A DNA stretch of 64,000 bases from Haliotis rubra (lineage: Eukaryota). Of the stretch, positions 52,693-64,000 are shown one piece after another. The DNA lies in assembly GCF_003918875.1 (NCBI RefSeq), contig NW_025767086.1:434001-498000 (forward strand). The letters are read 5' to 3'. The translations under genes and the position numbers were made by a program. The stretch's first letter is position 1. Every line of letters starts with the position of its first letter. Below the pieces are notes generated by a model, which saw only the letters and a list, made by a program, of their open reading frames with translations, searched no databases and was not told the origin of the DNA.

Positions 52693-53237
52693 GTAAGCAA
52701 TCATCCCCCAACAGCCCCGTGCAGACGAGGGAAGCACACCTCAGGGTCTACCACGCTGTGATAATATACGATGAGGCTGACAAAGACAAAGTCTTAACTC
52801 TACAAACGGATTTAAACAGTATAGTTCTTGGTAACGGTGTACACGCGAATGTGGCACTACTGGATGACGTACAAAGTGACGGAGAAACAGAAGTAGCATC
52901 ATTCGATCAGTGTTTCCAAAAATGTGTCTTAATGTTTTTGTTTATATCGGAACCGTTTATGAAAAACGTCTATGAGAGATGGAGATATGAAGTTGGACTG
53001 ACTGAGTCCTTGAAATATGGGTCTCGTATAGACGGTAGACCTTTTGTTATTCCAGTTTTCACTGACAACAAAGACACAGCAAGCTATCTAAGAGATAAAC
53101 CTATACTTAGAGCTGTTTGTGGTATCAAACATCACGGCTGTACAGGGAAAAAGTCAGTGGACATTAGGTTCCGCAGAGACTTGGAGGAGGCAGAACAAAG
53201 AAGGCAAATAAAACTAAATGGCACTACCGTGGATTAA
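52693..53237 (+). CDS. TIR-3 terminal exon: TICAM-like TIR paralog, intact
   Basis: Acceptor ttttgtttcag (phase 1). YHAVIIYDEAD...GETEVASFDQC...MFLFISEPF...FVIPVF...LRAVCGI aligns to TIR-1 and TIR-2. AATAAA at 53692. Confidence 0.85.
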
Positions 53238-53347
53238 CAAGAATGATAGCTGATAGTTTGTGACACTACCGCCCATTCAGTGGTTACTGTTATACGGTAA
53301 CTTTATGATACCATGACTTGCGAGTGCTTCGTGACGATGTTGCGCTT

Positions 53348-53503
53348 ATTGTGGTTTTACGCCTCTTTTAACAATATTCCAGCAATATTACAGCGGGGTA
53401 CACCAGAAATGGGCTTCACACATTGTACCCATGTGGGGAATCGAACCTGGTACTTCGGTGTGATGAGCGAACGCTTTAACCACTAGGCTCTCCAACCGCC
53501 CCC
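53348..53503 (-). mobile_element. tRNA-derived SINE (family A)
   Basis: Reverse complement of the 21890 copy. Confidence 0.85.
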
Positions 53504-55299
53504 TTTGTGAATACTTTCTAAATGAAGATGAAGCCGTGCGCTTCAGCACAATATAATGTGGCGCTGAATTACACACACTAGAACTTGCCTTCATCAACAA
53601 GTGTCCATCTAGCCTTCATCAAGATCAACTCTTCGTATGTAACATAAATCATGCAGAACGTGTATGGAAAAATGTAGGTTTATGTCTTCATAATAAAGGT
53701 GATATTACTTTGTATAGCAGGGTTTTTTTTATCTATGCAGCTGTAAGTATTAACTACACCGTGTGTTAAAGCTTCAGTTGAAATGACTTGTAAGTAATGT
53801 ATTTAGTTTTCACAACGTTATGATAACACGTTATTTTATATTTTAGTTGCTCATATGGCAATATTATCAATCATAGAAACAGGTAAAGGTGTACTAATAT
53901 TGGGAAGTATTACTACTTTGTGCTGAGAACAGTTAACCAATATGTCCTTATGTAAATAAACCCAAGCTAATAATTACGGTAAACCCTATACTAACACACA
54001 TTTATCTTAGTGGGATGCGGGAACAATAATTATGAGCATAGGTATATAGAACAAACTTGTAGTGGAAATCATATAAACGGATGACTAAGAATCAGAGATG
54101 ACCCCAGGGGTTCGTGAAACAATACATCTCTGCGTGTGCTTCAAGTACATCAAAACCGTTACACCAGCCCTGATGTCCACACTACTCGTGTTTCCATATA
54201 CCATACTCACGTCTATTTCCGTATTTCGTTTGTATTTTTAATGTAAGTATTTAAGACCTTTAAATGGTGTCAACGTGAACGAAATAAATATCTCACAGTG
54301 GGAAGTCTCTCTTTACATCCTCATTTTGGGAAACGTGTTGATTCCAAACCATATCAAAACTAGAGGGCGGAGTGCAATACTGTTACAATATTTCTACCTT
54401 GCATAGTTTCTTGGTGGTTCCTTGGTGGACTTGAAATATGAGTCATCTTCACTTTATAGTATGTTCCATGTAACAAACATATGGACGTCCACGAGTAAAA
54501 TGGCAGGCCAGCATATGGTCAGCACTTTCTTTCCCAAATCCACTAAGTGTGAAAATTAACATACATGTATCTTGAACTTTGAAGTTTTATTCAGTTTAAC
54601 TTAATGTCAAACTAAAACTGTTGATGCATGGTCAACCGCTAAGACGTGCTGTATAAGAGAATACACACAGGAGCAATCAACCTGACGGATGGTGAAGAAT
54701 GATGACATTTTTATTGATATTGGATATACATTTTCTTTTATTCTGTGGAAGGCGACTTGCTTGACAACGACATCGCGATGTTTCGACATAGATTGTGATG
54801 TCGTTGTCAAGCAAGTCGCCGTCGAAACATCGCCTTGCACAGAATAAAAGACGTTCTTCTTCACCTCAACTTCTAAATGCCCTTCAAAAATATCTGACGG
54901 ATGGTGTGATGAATGCTGAATATAGTGCTGAAATGTGGTGGAAATATAGAGACAAAATAGAATCAACAGATGCCAACGCTATTAGCGTCTTGTAAAGTAT
55001 GGTGCCAAAAATAATGAATAAACCATAAATGCTACTACATGTACTTTAATCGTTTACATCGTTCTTATATTTTGGTTTGACCTTTCTCAGCCGTTTTCGC
55101 CAGACATTTCAGCCGACTCCCATGCAGCGAAGGAGTAGACAACGACGACATCAGGGTTGTACAAATAAGTGACTGTAATACAGCAAAGGCATGTTGACAG
55201 TCACTTGACGTACTTCCGGGTTTCGAGCAGGTCATTCTGTATATCACGCATGTATGCATCACCGTTACTGCCTTAATGAAATACACATATGGCAGAAAC

Positions 55300-56570
55300 T
55301 GGTTGGTTGGTTGGTTTGTTGCTTAACGCCGCACTCAGCAATATTCCAGCTATATGGCGGCGGTCTGTAAATCATCGAGTCTGGACCAGACAACCCAGTG
55401 ATCAACATCATGGGCATCGAACTACGCAAGTGGGATACGATGACATGCGCCTGACCACGAGAAATGGCATACGGAATTCTAAAATCTCTTTATACGTTTA
55501 ATCCACTTCCTTATGATTTATTTTTTAAGATATTTGATACAAAAATTAGTCCGATTCTTTTATATGGAGCTGAAATATGGGGGAGTTGATAACTTTAAAG
55601 AAGTCGAAGTTGTACATATGTTTTGTTGTAAACGTTTTTTAAATGTCAAACGGTCGACTTCGAACCATGTAGTTAGGGGAGAATGTGGCCGTTATCCAAT
55701 GTATGTATGTATATATAAAAAAGTTGTTAAATATTGGTGTAAAATATGCAAAATGCCCGATTCCAGATTTGTAAAGAAATGTTATAACATGTTAGTTTTA
55801 TACTCTGTAAATGGTAAAACAAACTGGGCATCAAAAATTAAGAATATTCTTTACTCTTTTGGATTTGGCTTTATGTGGGAACAGCAGCAAAATTTATGTA
55901 ATGTCGATAAATTCATATCAGAATTTGTTTTTAGTTTAAGAGCAAGTTATGAACAAGAATGGCACACATCGCTTTTAAATAGTCCTAAATTTTCACTTTA
56001 TTCTTGTTTTAAAATCTCATTTAATGTTGAATTTTACATAAAAGACTTATCAATTTCAAAATTCCGATCGGCCCTTGCTAAATTCAGATGTTCTTCACAC
56101 CGCCTCCAAATTGAAACCGGTCGCTATATTAATCAACCCAGATCAAATAGATTATGTTTTGTATGTAAAGATAACTTTATTGAAAATGAATTCCATTTTA
56201 TTTTGGTATGTAAATGTTATCAAAATCTGAGATGTTTGTATTTACCACATAACTTTTATTCGAATCCAACTATTCATAAGTTCAATATGCTCATGTCAAC
56301 TGGCAATCCATATACTGTAAGAAACCTAGCTATTTATATACACAATGCAATGAAACTTAGAGATTCACTTCTTTGCCAATAATATCATACTTCCTTTTGT
56401 ATACTTTGTAAATTAACTTATAGTCTTCTAAACTATATATGCTCATATGTACCGCTCTGAAATCCTGAAGTGTAGCCTGGGCCTATGGCCTCCACTACAA
56501 AGAAAATAAAGATTCAAAGGACACCAAAGGCCTGACCACCCGATCCCGTTGGTCGCCTCTTACAAGCATG
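55300..56570 (-). mobile_element. SINE-like element (family B) split by a LINE insertion (pieces 55300-55458 and 56530-56570)
   Basis: Shares the gctggaatattgct...gcggcgt 3' motif with family A; sequence resumes after the duplicated gcctgaccac; related decayed copy near 40300-40490. Confidence 0.65.
55459..56529 (+). mobile_element. 5'-truncated LINE 3' end (RTE-X/CR1-group-like ORF2 C-terminus) with a 10-bp TSD
   Basis: PILLYGAEIWG, GECGRYP and HRLQIETGRY...C..C...ENEFHF...C motifs; aataaag tail; GCCTGACCAC at 55449-55458 and 56530-56539. Confidence 0.88.
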
Positions 56571-59187
56571 GGCAGGGGCGGATTCAGCTTTTGAGAAAGG
56601 GGTGGGTGGTGGTGGTTGTTGTCACACTCTTGAGAGGGGGGGGGCTCATTGGCCGGGAAAGGTAATTTCACACATAGCAAATATCAGGTAAATTATGACC
56701 TAGTTTAATAATACGGATCTTGAGCACTCGCCCCCTATTCTTTAGGTTTTAAGCTTATGCTCACCCGAGGATCCCAGCAACCCTTTTGCTTGGCTGATAT
56801 CACACTAAGACGTAGTATGAAAATACACGTTTGATCAAAGACGTATAAACAATACGTGTATACGTGTATATACATACGTCTTTGGTTTGATAGACGCAAA
56901 TAACTCGAATTAAATTGAAAAAGTGATCCAATGAGATGGGAAATCTGGGGAATATCTAGCCTTGCTTAAGTTATTATATATATTTACGGCTTTTTGCATT
57001 ACAGTATGCGCTGGGCGGAATAAATAATACGGTTTTAAGGGACTGTAAGACAGACTAGGTCGACGTCACAGGGCATTATCTCACCGGTGTCTCTAGCAAC
57101 ATTTCGCAAATTATACGTCCTAATGCGGTGTGATGTCTTTATATACGTGCTAACATCAAAAGATTAAAATATTAAATTAATCCGTGTCATCTCTTAATGC
57201 GATTGGAGTTGTAGTTTTCTTTTAAACTCAATTGTGATCACATATATGTGCACACAACACTTTCCGTAAAGATGCCAAATAAAACAAATCGCCGCACAGT
57301 GCCGAGAAATATACTGGTTTTTCTTGACGCATAACACAATTTAACACATCACTTAGGGGTGTATGTTTCAAAGCGTATTTGCACTTGAGTTTACACCATC
57401 AGATAGGAAATTTACCATTCTGCATTTCTGTGTAATTTTATAGCCGTAGGTAGTGTCGCGCGAACGGAATTCTCGTGTAACTCCACTTTTCAAATCTTAG
57501 GAAAAGGTGAGTCAGAAAAATACATCGGCATCCAAAATATTAAATTAATCACAGTCATCTTTTAACGTGATTGAAGTTTATATTTTTCGGTTAAACTCAA
57601 CTGGGAACCTTAATAAGGTCCTTATGCTGTGGGTGGCGTAGAGGTCAGCGTATGTTTATATTTGTAGCTTATAGAATATTGCTACTGTTTCTTCGTGGAA
57701 TGCTTTGCCATTAAATATATCTTATCTTATCTTATCTCTGTACACACAGCAGTGAAATATACTCAGTTTATGACGGGAAATATTTCGATCAAATGAGTTT
57801 TCAAAAAGTATTTAAAAGCAACATGAAAATAAAAGACTGGCCACTCGCTTTAGCTCGTCAGATATCAGAACTATACCCACTGGTTGATTTGCCTATCGCC
57901 CAGGGGCATTTTTAGTGTTAATCTCAAATATATATCTTATGAGCAATATATTGTTTATGGTATGGGACAATAAGTTCATTACATGAAAACTATGAATTTA
58001 AATCTATTTCCTTACAAACCTCCCATCCTCTTTTTCGTTTCAGATTAAGTCAGCTGGTGCCTTATTCCAGAGTTGTAAACAAACACAACCCTGCCATGTC
58101 CAACATGACTCAGATGCTATTTAATTCCAGTGAAATTCCCAGTCGGTTCATTCTAAAGTTAATTCACTTTCTCACATCCGGTACAGTTTTGGTTTAGCCA
58201 AGGGCAGGCTACTCTTAGCCTCGTGTTGGAATAGGGAAGTCCCCATGTTGAACGTGTGACACGATTTAGGACATGTACGAATTGTTCCATGTTGGAGAGT
58301 AATCGTTCGTTCCGATATCATTATATCAGAAGGAACCGAATTGGTAATCTGACATCCTGCCCGTTTCATGTCATAGAAGATGCTGCCTTAGTGACACAGG
58401 TAAGACGTAGAATTTCGTTCAATATTACAATTTGAAACCGAAAGTATTCTGAACTTGTGATCGAAGTCTGGCATTCCCCTTTTGTAACTAACACACACAG
58501 TTGTGTCATGATTCCGCCAGTCGCACGCCTGTCTTCTTCCTTCCTCCAAAATCAAGTAGTAAGGTATTTATAAACGAATTAGTTTGTTCTGTGTCATATA
58601 TTTGTTGTTTTTTTTTCAATATTTTGAAATATCATGGTCCTGATAAATTAACCTGTATAACTGAAGTGTGACCTGTCTACTACTTGCCATGTTTATGTTT
58701 AAAATGTGTCACTTAGCTAAGCGTAATCAGAATGAAACATGTTTGTGGTTGTTGTTACTAATTATGGTCAAGTGACAATTAATACCGATAATATTCTGAT
58801 AATATTCATGTCAATAGGAAACACACGCACGCACACACGCACGCACGCACGCACACACACACACACACATAGTATTTACCATGATGTGCTGTGATATTCA
58901 TATTAAATCCAGCAGTAACATAGTGCAATCTATCATACCAGAAAGTTGATTACATTGTGAAGGCTGACACGTCAAATACACCCATAGACATGTAATGAAG
59001 TGTTGTACTGGTACAGGAAGTGGAAACACAGTTGTCTAAGTTGATAATGTTTTTAGGTTTAACAGTACTATACCCATGTTCGTGTGTTTTATCAAAGTGG
59101 TAGATGTGATGAAAAACCCGCATCACTTCAGGTTTTAATGCCACGATGTAAGTGAAATACTGTCTAAAGCAATGTTGAATTCTCATG

Positions 59188-61296
59188 TAGGGCTGGGGTG
59201 GGTCAAAATTTCCTACGCGGATACCCGACCCCCTATTACCCGACCCGACCCGGGTACCCATTATAACACTAATTACGAGTTATTCCCCTTCAATAAAATC
59301 AGTTATGGCCGAGATTAAGAGTGGCATCTGGAAATATTTTAAATACTCGCATCAGGTACAAAGACAAAATGCACTTTGTGCACAGTGCAGCTAAGTCAGA
59401 AAGGAGGGAGTAGGTAATCGATGGGGAAACATCTGAACAACAAACATCCCTCCGTAACAGACCAGGAGCTACAAACAAATGCCGTTCCAATCTACAGGCA
59501 AAATACAATTGAAGGTAAAAATAAAAAGTGTATACCATTAAACTAACAAGTAAACAATGTAATGTAAACAAGGTAAATACCTCTCTCCCTCACCCGTGGA
59601 CTCATAATCCAATCACAATAGTCAGACAGACAGACAGATTGCTTATTTACGTCTCACCATATGTACATTAAAATAAATTCTAATACATATAAAATATTCA
59701 GTAAATATTATAAATGAAGTTATGAGACACGGTTGATAATTAAGTATCACAGAGCAATATATTGGAAGCATATGAGTAGATAAAATGACAATTGAACTTA
59801 AAAAAATATGTACAAAACTATTAACATGAAATGTTAAACTTATTTATGTAACATTTGTCGGCATCTTAAAAGGGTTTTAAAGCAGTTTTTGGCACGTATG
59901 TTTATAAGATCTTGAGAGCTTAAAAGGAGTGATGACTTCTCAGGTTCCGATAAGAGGGTAAAACGTGGCATGAAAAACTTTGCTGATGTTAAAATGTCAT
60001 CTCTTAAATCATTGTGAAGTGGAGATTTCAATAAAATGCTCTTCCGATTCAACTTGATTTGGGCAGTGAAAATTGTACTGTGAAGCATTTCGAGCCGGGG
60101 GTCATCTCAAAAACAATAATTATAAAATCTTTAATCCTTGCAAAAACACGCAAGTTTGTTTTTCCTCGATCCCCATTTTGAGTTCTCCAGGTGTGATGAA
60201 TTTTCCCTTATTTTTATAAAAGCTTGTAACAATAGTTCTTCACAGTCTCTTACAGTGATGATGATGTTGTTTAAAAGAGCTTTTTTGGTGATTCCCAATG
60301 TGTTCATTCGCCGGTAAAAAGCTAAGTGCCAAGGCTTGTGTCTGTTCCGTGATTGATTATTTTCCCAATTAGAAACATAGGGCTCTATACGTTCTTGGTC
60401 CATATTGATCATTTTCCTCCAGTAACGAATCAAGAATATATCTTGTAGTACATGTAGTTGCGGGGTTCCATCCCATGTCACCAATAACTTCTTCATTAGC
60501 CTCGACTTCAATAGCCTAGACCTAGGTAAAATCTCATAGCACGGTTTTGCATTGCATTGATCGATGAATAGTCCTCTGTTCCATAGATTAAAATGCCTTA
60601 AGTTATAACTGGCCAAAGTAATGCTTTGTACAGTTTGTTAAATGTTTTGAAACCCAGTTACCTAATCAGTAACAATAGGTCTACCTTCGCGGTTTGTTCA
60701 GACTCTATTTGAGGTGGACGTCTGCGTTCTTGAGTCTTTTACATGTAAACAATTTACTACTTGGCGTACTTGCAACCTATGTTACACGTGACATGCTTAG
60801 TTGCCGACAGTTGATACCTTGTGCTAGTTTAGTCCACAATTTCAAACATAAGACAACAATCTCGTTGTAGATATCAGGGGAGTACATTTAGAGTACTGAA
60901 TGGAATTTAATGGAGTATCAGTAATCTTGTGTTTCGTTTCATATATGCACCACAACATTGCTACTCTCGTGTAAACAGGTCAATAGACAATAAAACAATA
61001 ATTTTTGAGATAAAAACGTCTGTAAATGATTCTAAGACCGTACACCATTGCTGTGGTGCATAACTGCTACGTTTTCTAAATTATTTCCTACTGTATCGTG
61101 CATATTTTTTATCCGTACATACGCCGATACGGCCCTTATCTGGAGCACTGGATATATATAATATTTATAAACACATTCAATTAAGTCTTCATTTATTAGT
61201 CACATGATCAAAGCCGGTCCGGGTAACATGACGGGTACCCGGGTCCAACTCATTACCCACCCGTCCCAGATACCCGTGTTACCCGTCCCAGCCCTA
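59188..61296. mobile_element. Non-autonomous hAT-like DNA transposon containing a decayed minus-strand LINE fragment (~59830-60620)
   Basis: TIRs tagggctggg / cccagcccta, subterminal acccg repeats at both ends, 8-bp flanks ttctcatg / ctctcatg (7/8 match). Confidence 0.75.
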
Positions 61297-61783
61297 CTCT
61301 CATGTTATTTTATAGTATGAATTCTCACATTGCCATTGGGGATTCCCTTTTTGTACTAGAAACTCAGCCCTTCTTACAATGCTTGTTGTATGATATGACA
61401 CAGACGTAGGAAGCTGCTGCCAGTGTGTGACTGGCCCGACTGGCTCTACTGTCCCAGATTATTTAGGTAGGCCTTGATACTGTAGCAATAGTGATAATGT
61501 TGTATAAAACCTCTCATGTATTTACCACTCTTACCATCTGGGATAAAATTTCCCAGTCTATTTATATATTCCCAACACCAGTTACTGCAGGTTATGTGAC
61601 ACTGACAGTGCTTCTGTTGAAATGTCTTAGAGCATGACCATGCATGCATTGTTGAAACCTGGACATAGTGAAAGTAAAACTAGTGGTCTTACAGACTCAG
61701 CCTACGTAGTCGGTGATTCAATGTTACTTGAAAGTAACTCATGTGGTTAATCACTGGGTTGGCTGACCTTTTTCTTACTCATA

Positions 61784-63008
61784 TTTATACCCCCGCTACG
61801 AAGTAACTGGGGTATATAGCGTTCATTCTGTCCGTCCGTCCCGAAACTTTGTCCGGAGCATATCTCTTAAAGTTTACTTGCTAGGTTCACCAAACTTCAC
61901 ACACATGTTAATCATTACCCATTGATGTGCCTTTTGCTATTTTAAAGTTTTTTCAGAATTTAGTTTTTTTGCTGTTTCCATGGAAACACGACTTAGGCTG
62001 TGACTATGAGGATGTCATCTTGTCCGGCGCAGATCTTCCAAACTATACATGCTAGCTTCATCAAACTTGGTACACATTTCAAGCATGATCCCTAGATGTG
62101 CCTTTTGGGGGGTAGATCCAGATATGAATTGTATTTTTTGCTGTTTCCATGGAAACACGACTTAGTGCCAAATGTGTTCGATTATTTTGTCCGAGCATAT
62201 CTCTTAAAGTTTACTTGCTAGGTTCACCAAACTTCACACACGTGTTAATTATTACCCATTGATGTGCCTTTTGCTATTTTAAAGTACACATTTTTTTCAG
62301 AATTTAGTTTTTGCTGTTTCCATGGAAACACTACTTAGGCTGTGACTATGAGGATGTCATCTTGTCTTTTGCTATTTTAAAGTTTTTCAGAATTTAGATC
62401 TTCCAAACTATACATGCTAGCTTCATCAAACTTGGTACAAATATCAAGCATGATCCCTAGATGTGCCTTTTGGGGTTTAGATCCAGATATGAATTGTATT
62501 TTTTGCTGTTTCCATGGAAACATGACTTAGTGCTAAATGTGTTCGATTATTTTGTCCGGAGCATATCTCTTAAAGTTTACATGCTAGGTTCATGCTAGGT
62601 ACATGCAAAATGTATTTGATGGTTACCTGACCACGGCATATCATCGAAACTATACGTGCTAGGTTCACCAAACTTAATACACAAGTTAATCATGACCCAC
62701 AGATATGCCATGTGCTAAAAAATAGCAATCTTCATCTACGTCCATTGTGTGCAACATGAGACAGTCAAGTTCAACTGTATGTCAGGTTTCCACGGAAAAC
62801 ACAAAAAAATCTAGTTTCCATAAATTATTACCATAATCAGTACATGCCAAAACTATTATCTAACATGTATATAAAGTTTAGTAGAGTCAAAGAGAAAGTC
62901 TTGTGAGCTGCTGATCCTTGTCACATTATATATATCAATATCAGTCATTTCCATGTCCCAAGGTTGGAAGCGGGGGTATGTGAGCTTTGCTCACTTCTAC
63001 ACTTGTTT
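61784..63008 (+). mobile_element. Non-autonomous Helentron-type (HINE/DINE-1-like) element with internal ~170 bp tandem repeats
   Basis: 11-bp subterminal IR atacccccgct (61787) / agcgggggtat (62969), inner ggggtata IR, (gtcc)n microsatellite, 3' hairpin gtgagc-ttt-gctcac and T-rich ends. Confidence 0.82.
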
Positions 63009-63054
63009 GTTTTGCTTTGAAGTCATTCCATTTAATATTCCATTATCACCTAAA

Positions 63055-63710
63055 ATACGTAAATAAGGCCTGCAGCCATCAATATGTAAATAAGACCACT
63101 GTTCATCAATATGTAAATGAGGTCTGCAATGATCAATATGTAAATAAAACCACCGTTCATCAATATGTAAATGAGGTCTGCAATGATCAATATGTAAATA
63201 AAACCACCATTCATCAATATGTAAATGAGGTCTGCAATGATCAATATGTAAATAAAACCACCATTCATCAATATGTAAATGAGGCCTGCAATCATCAATA
63301 TGTAAATGAGACCACCATTCATCAATATGTAAATGAGGCCTGCAATGATCAATATGTAAATACATTGTAAGACCACCATTCATCAACCGTTCATCAATAT
63401 GTAAATGAGGCCTGCAATGATCAATATGTAAATACATTGTAAGACCACCGTTCATCAATATGTAAATGAGGTCTGCAATGATCAATATGTAAATAAAACC
63501 ACCATTCATCAATATGTAAATGAGGCCTGCAATCATCAATATGTAAATGAGACCACCGTTCATCAATATGTTAATGAGGTCTGCAATGATCAATATGTAA
63601 ATGAGACCAACGTTCATCAATATGTAAATGAGGCCTGCAATCATCAATATGTAAATGAGACAACCGTTCATCAATATGTAAATGAGGCCTGCAACTGTCA
63701 ATATGTGAAT
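63055..63710. repeat. Minisatellite, 54 bp higher-order unit made of two 27 bp subunits (atcaatatgtaaat core)
   Basis: Direct tandem copies; 18-aa periodicity in the spurious ORF. Confidence 0.93.
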
Positions 63711-64000
63711 GAAAGCAGTCAGCTGCAAAGGCCCATAGAGAAAACAATATATTTTGATGCATGAAAAATCTGGTTTAATAGAATTATTATCTCAAAAGTT
63801 TATATAGCTGGACCGGTTATTCAATTATATTTGAAAATATCACTTGTCAGTAAAGACTCATAACAAATCTCTTCTGGACTCTTAACTCTTGACGAGTGTA
63901 GTCTTGACTACAGGTACTATTACACAGTTACAGTTACTGGACCTATTACATGTAGAGTATACCTTTTGACAACAATGATTAGTAGGAGTGTAGCAATACG

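Noticed and set aside
62987-63762. Repetitive ORFs (HQYVNE.../IYILM...)
   Set aside because: Translations of the 54-bp minisatellite.

Overview
Eukaryotic (animal) genomic DNA, AT-rich, intron-containing and repeat-dense. The repeat families suggest a mollusc, possibly a gastropod such as abalone; this is inference only. The window holds three groups of host genes. (1) The 5' nine coding exons of MPHOSPH10/Mpp10 (U3 snoRNP/SSU processome) lie on the minus strand and run off the left edge. Intron 3 contains a structurally complete but decayed ~6.7 kb DIRS1-type tyrosine-recombinase retrotransposon. (2) Three paralogous plus-strand exons at ~22.5, ~32.7 and ~52.7 kb encode TIR domains resembling the TICAM (TRIF/TRAM) class. 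All three have phase-1 acceptors, and only the first has an identifiable N-terminal exon, which carries TRAF-binding-like motifs. (3) A minus-strand nicotinic acetylcholine receptor alpha subunit gene sits between TIR copies 2 and 3. The rest is tRNA-derived SINEs, LINE and Penelope fragments, non-autonomous hAT and Helentron-type elements, and several minisatellites whose long ORFs are artefacts. The best candidate for an undescribed system is the TICAM-like TIR triplet: either a small cluster of non-catalytic innate-immune adaptors, or one gene with alternative TIR-encoding last exons. All homology calls are from recalled motifs, not database searches.
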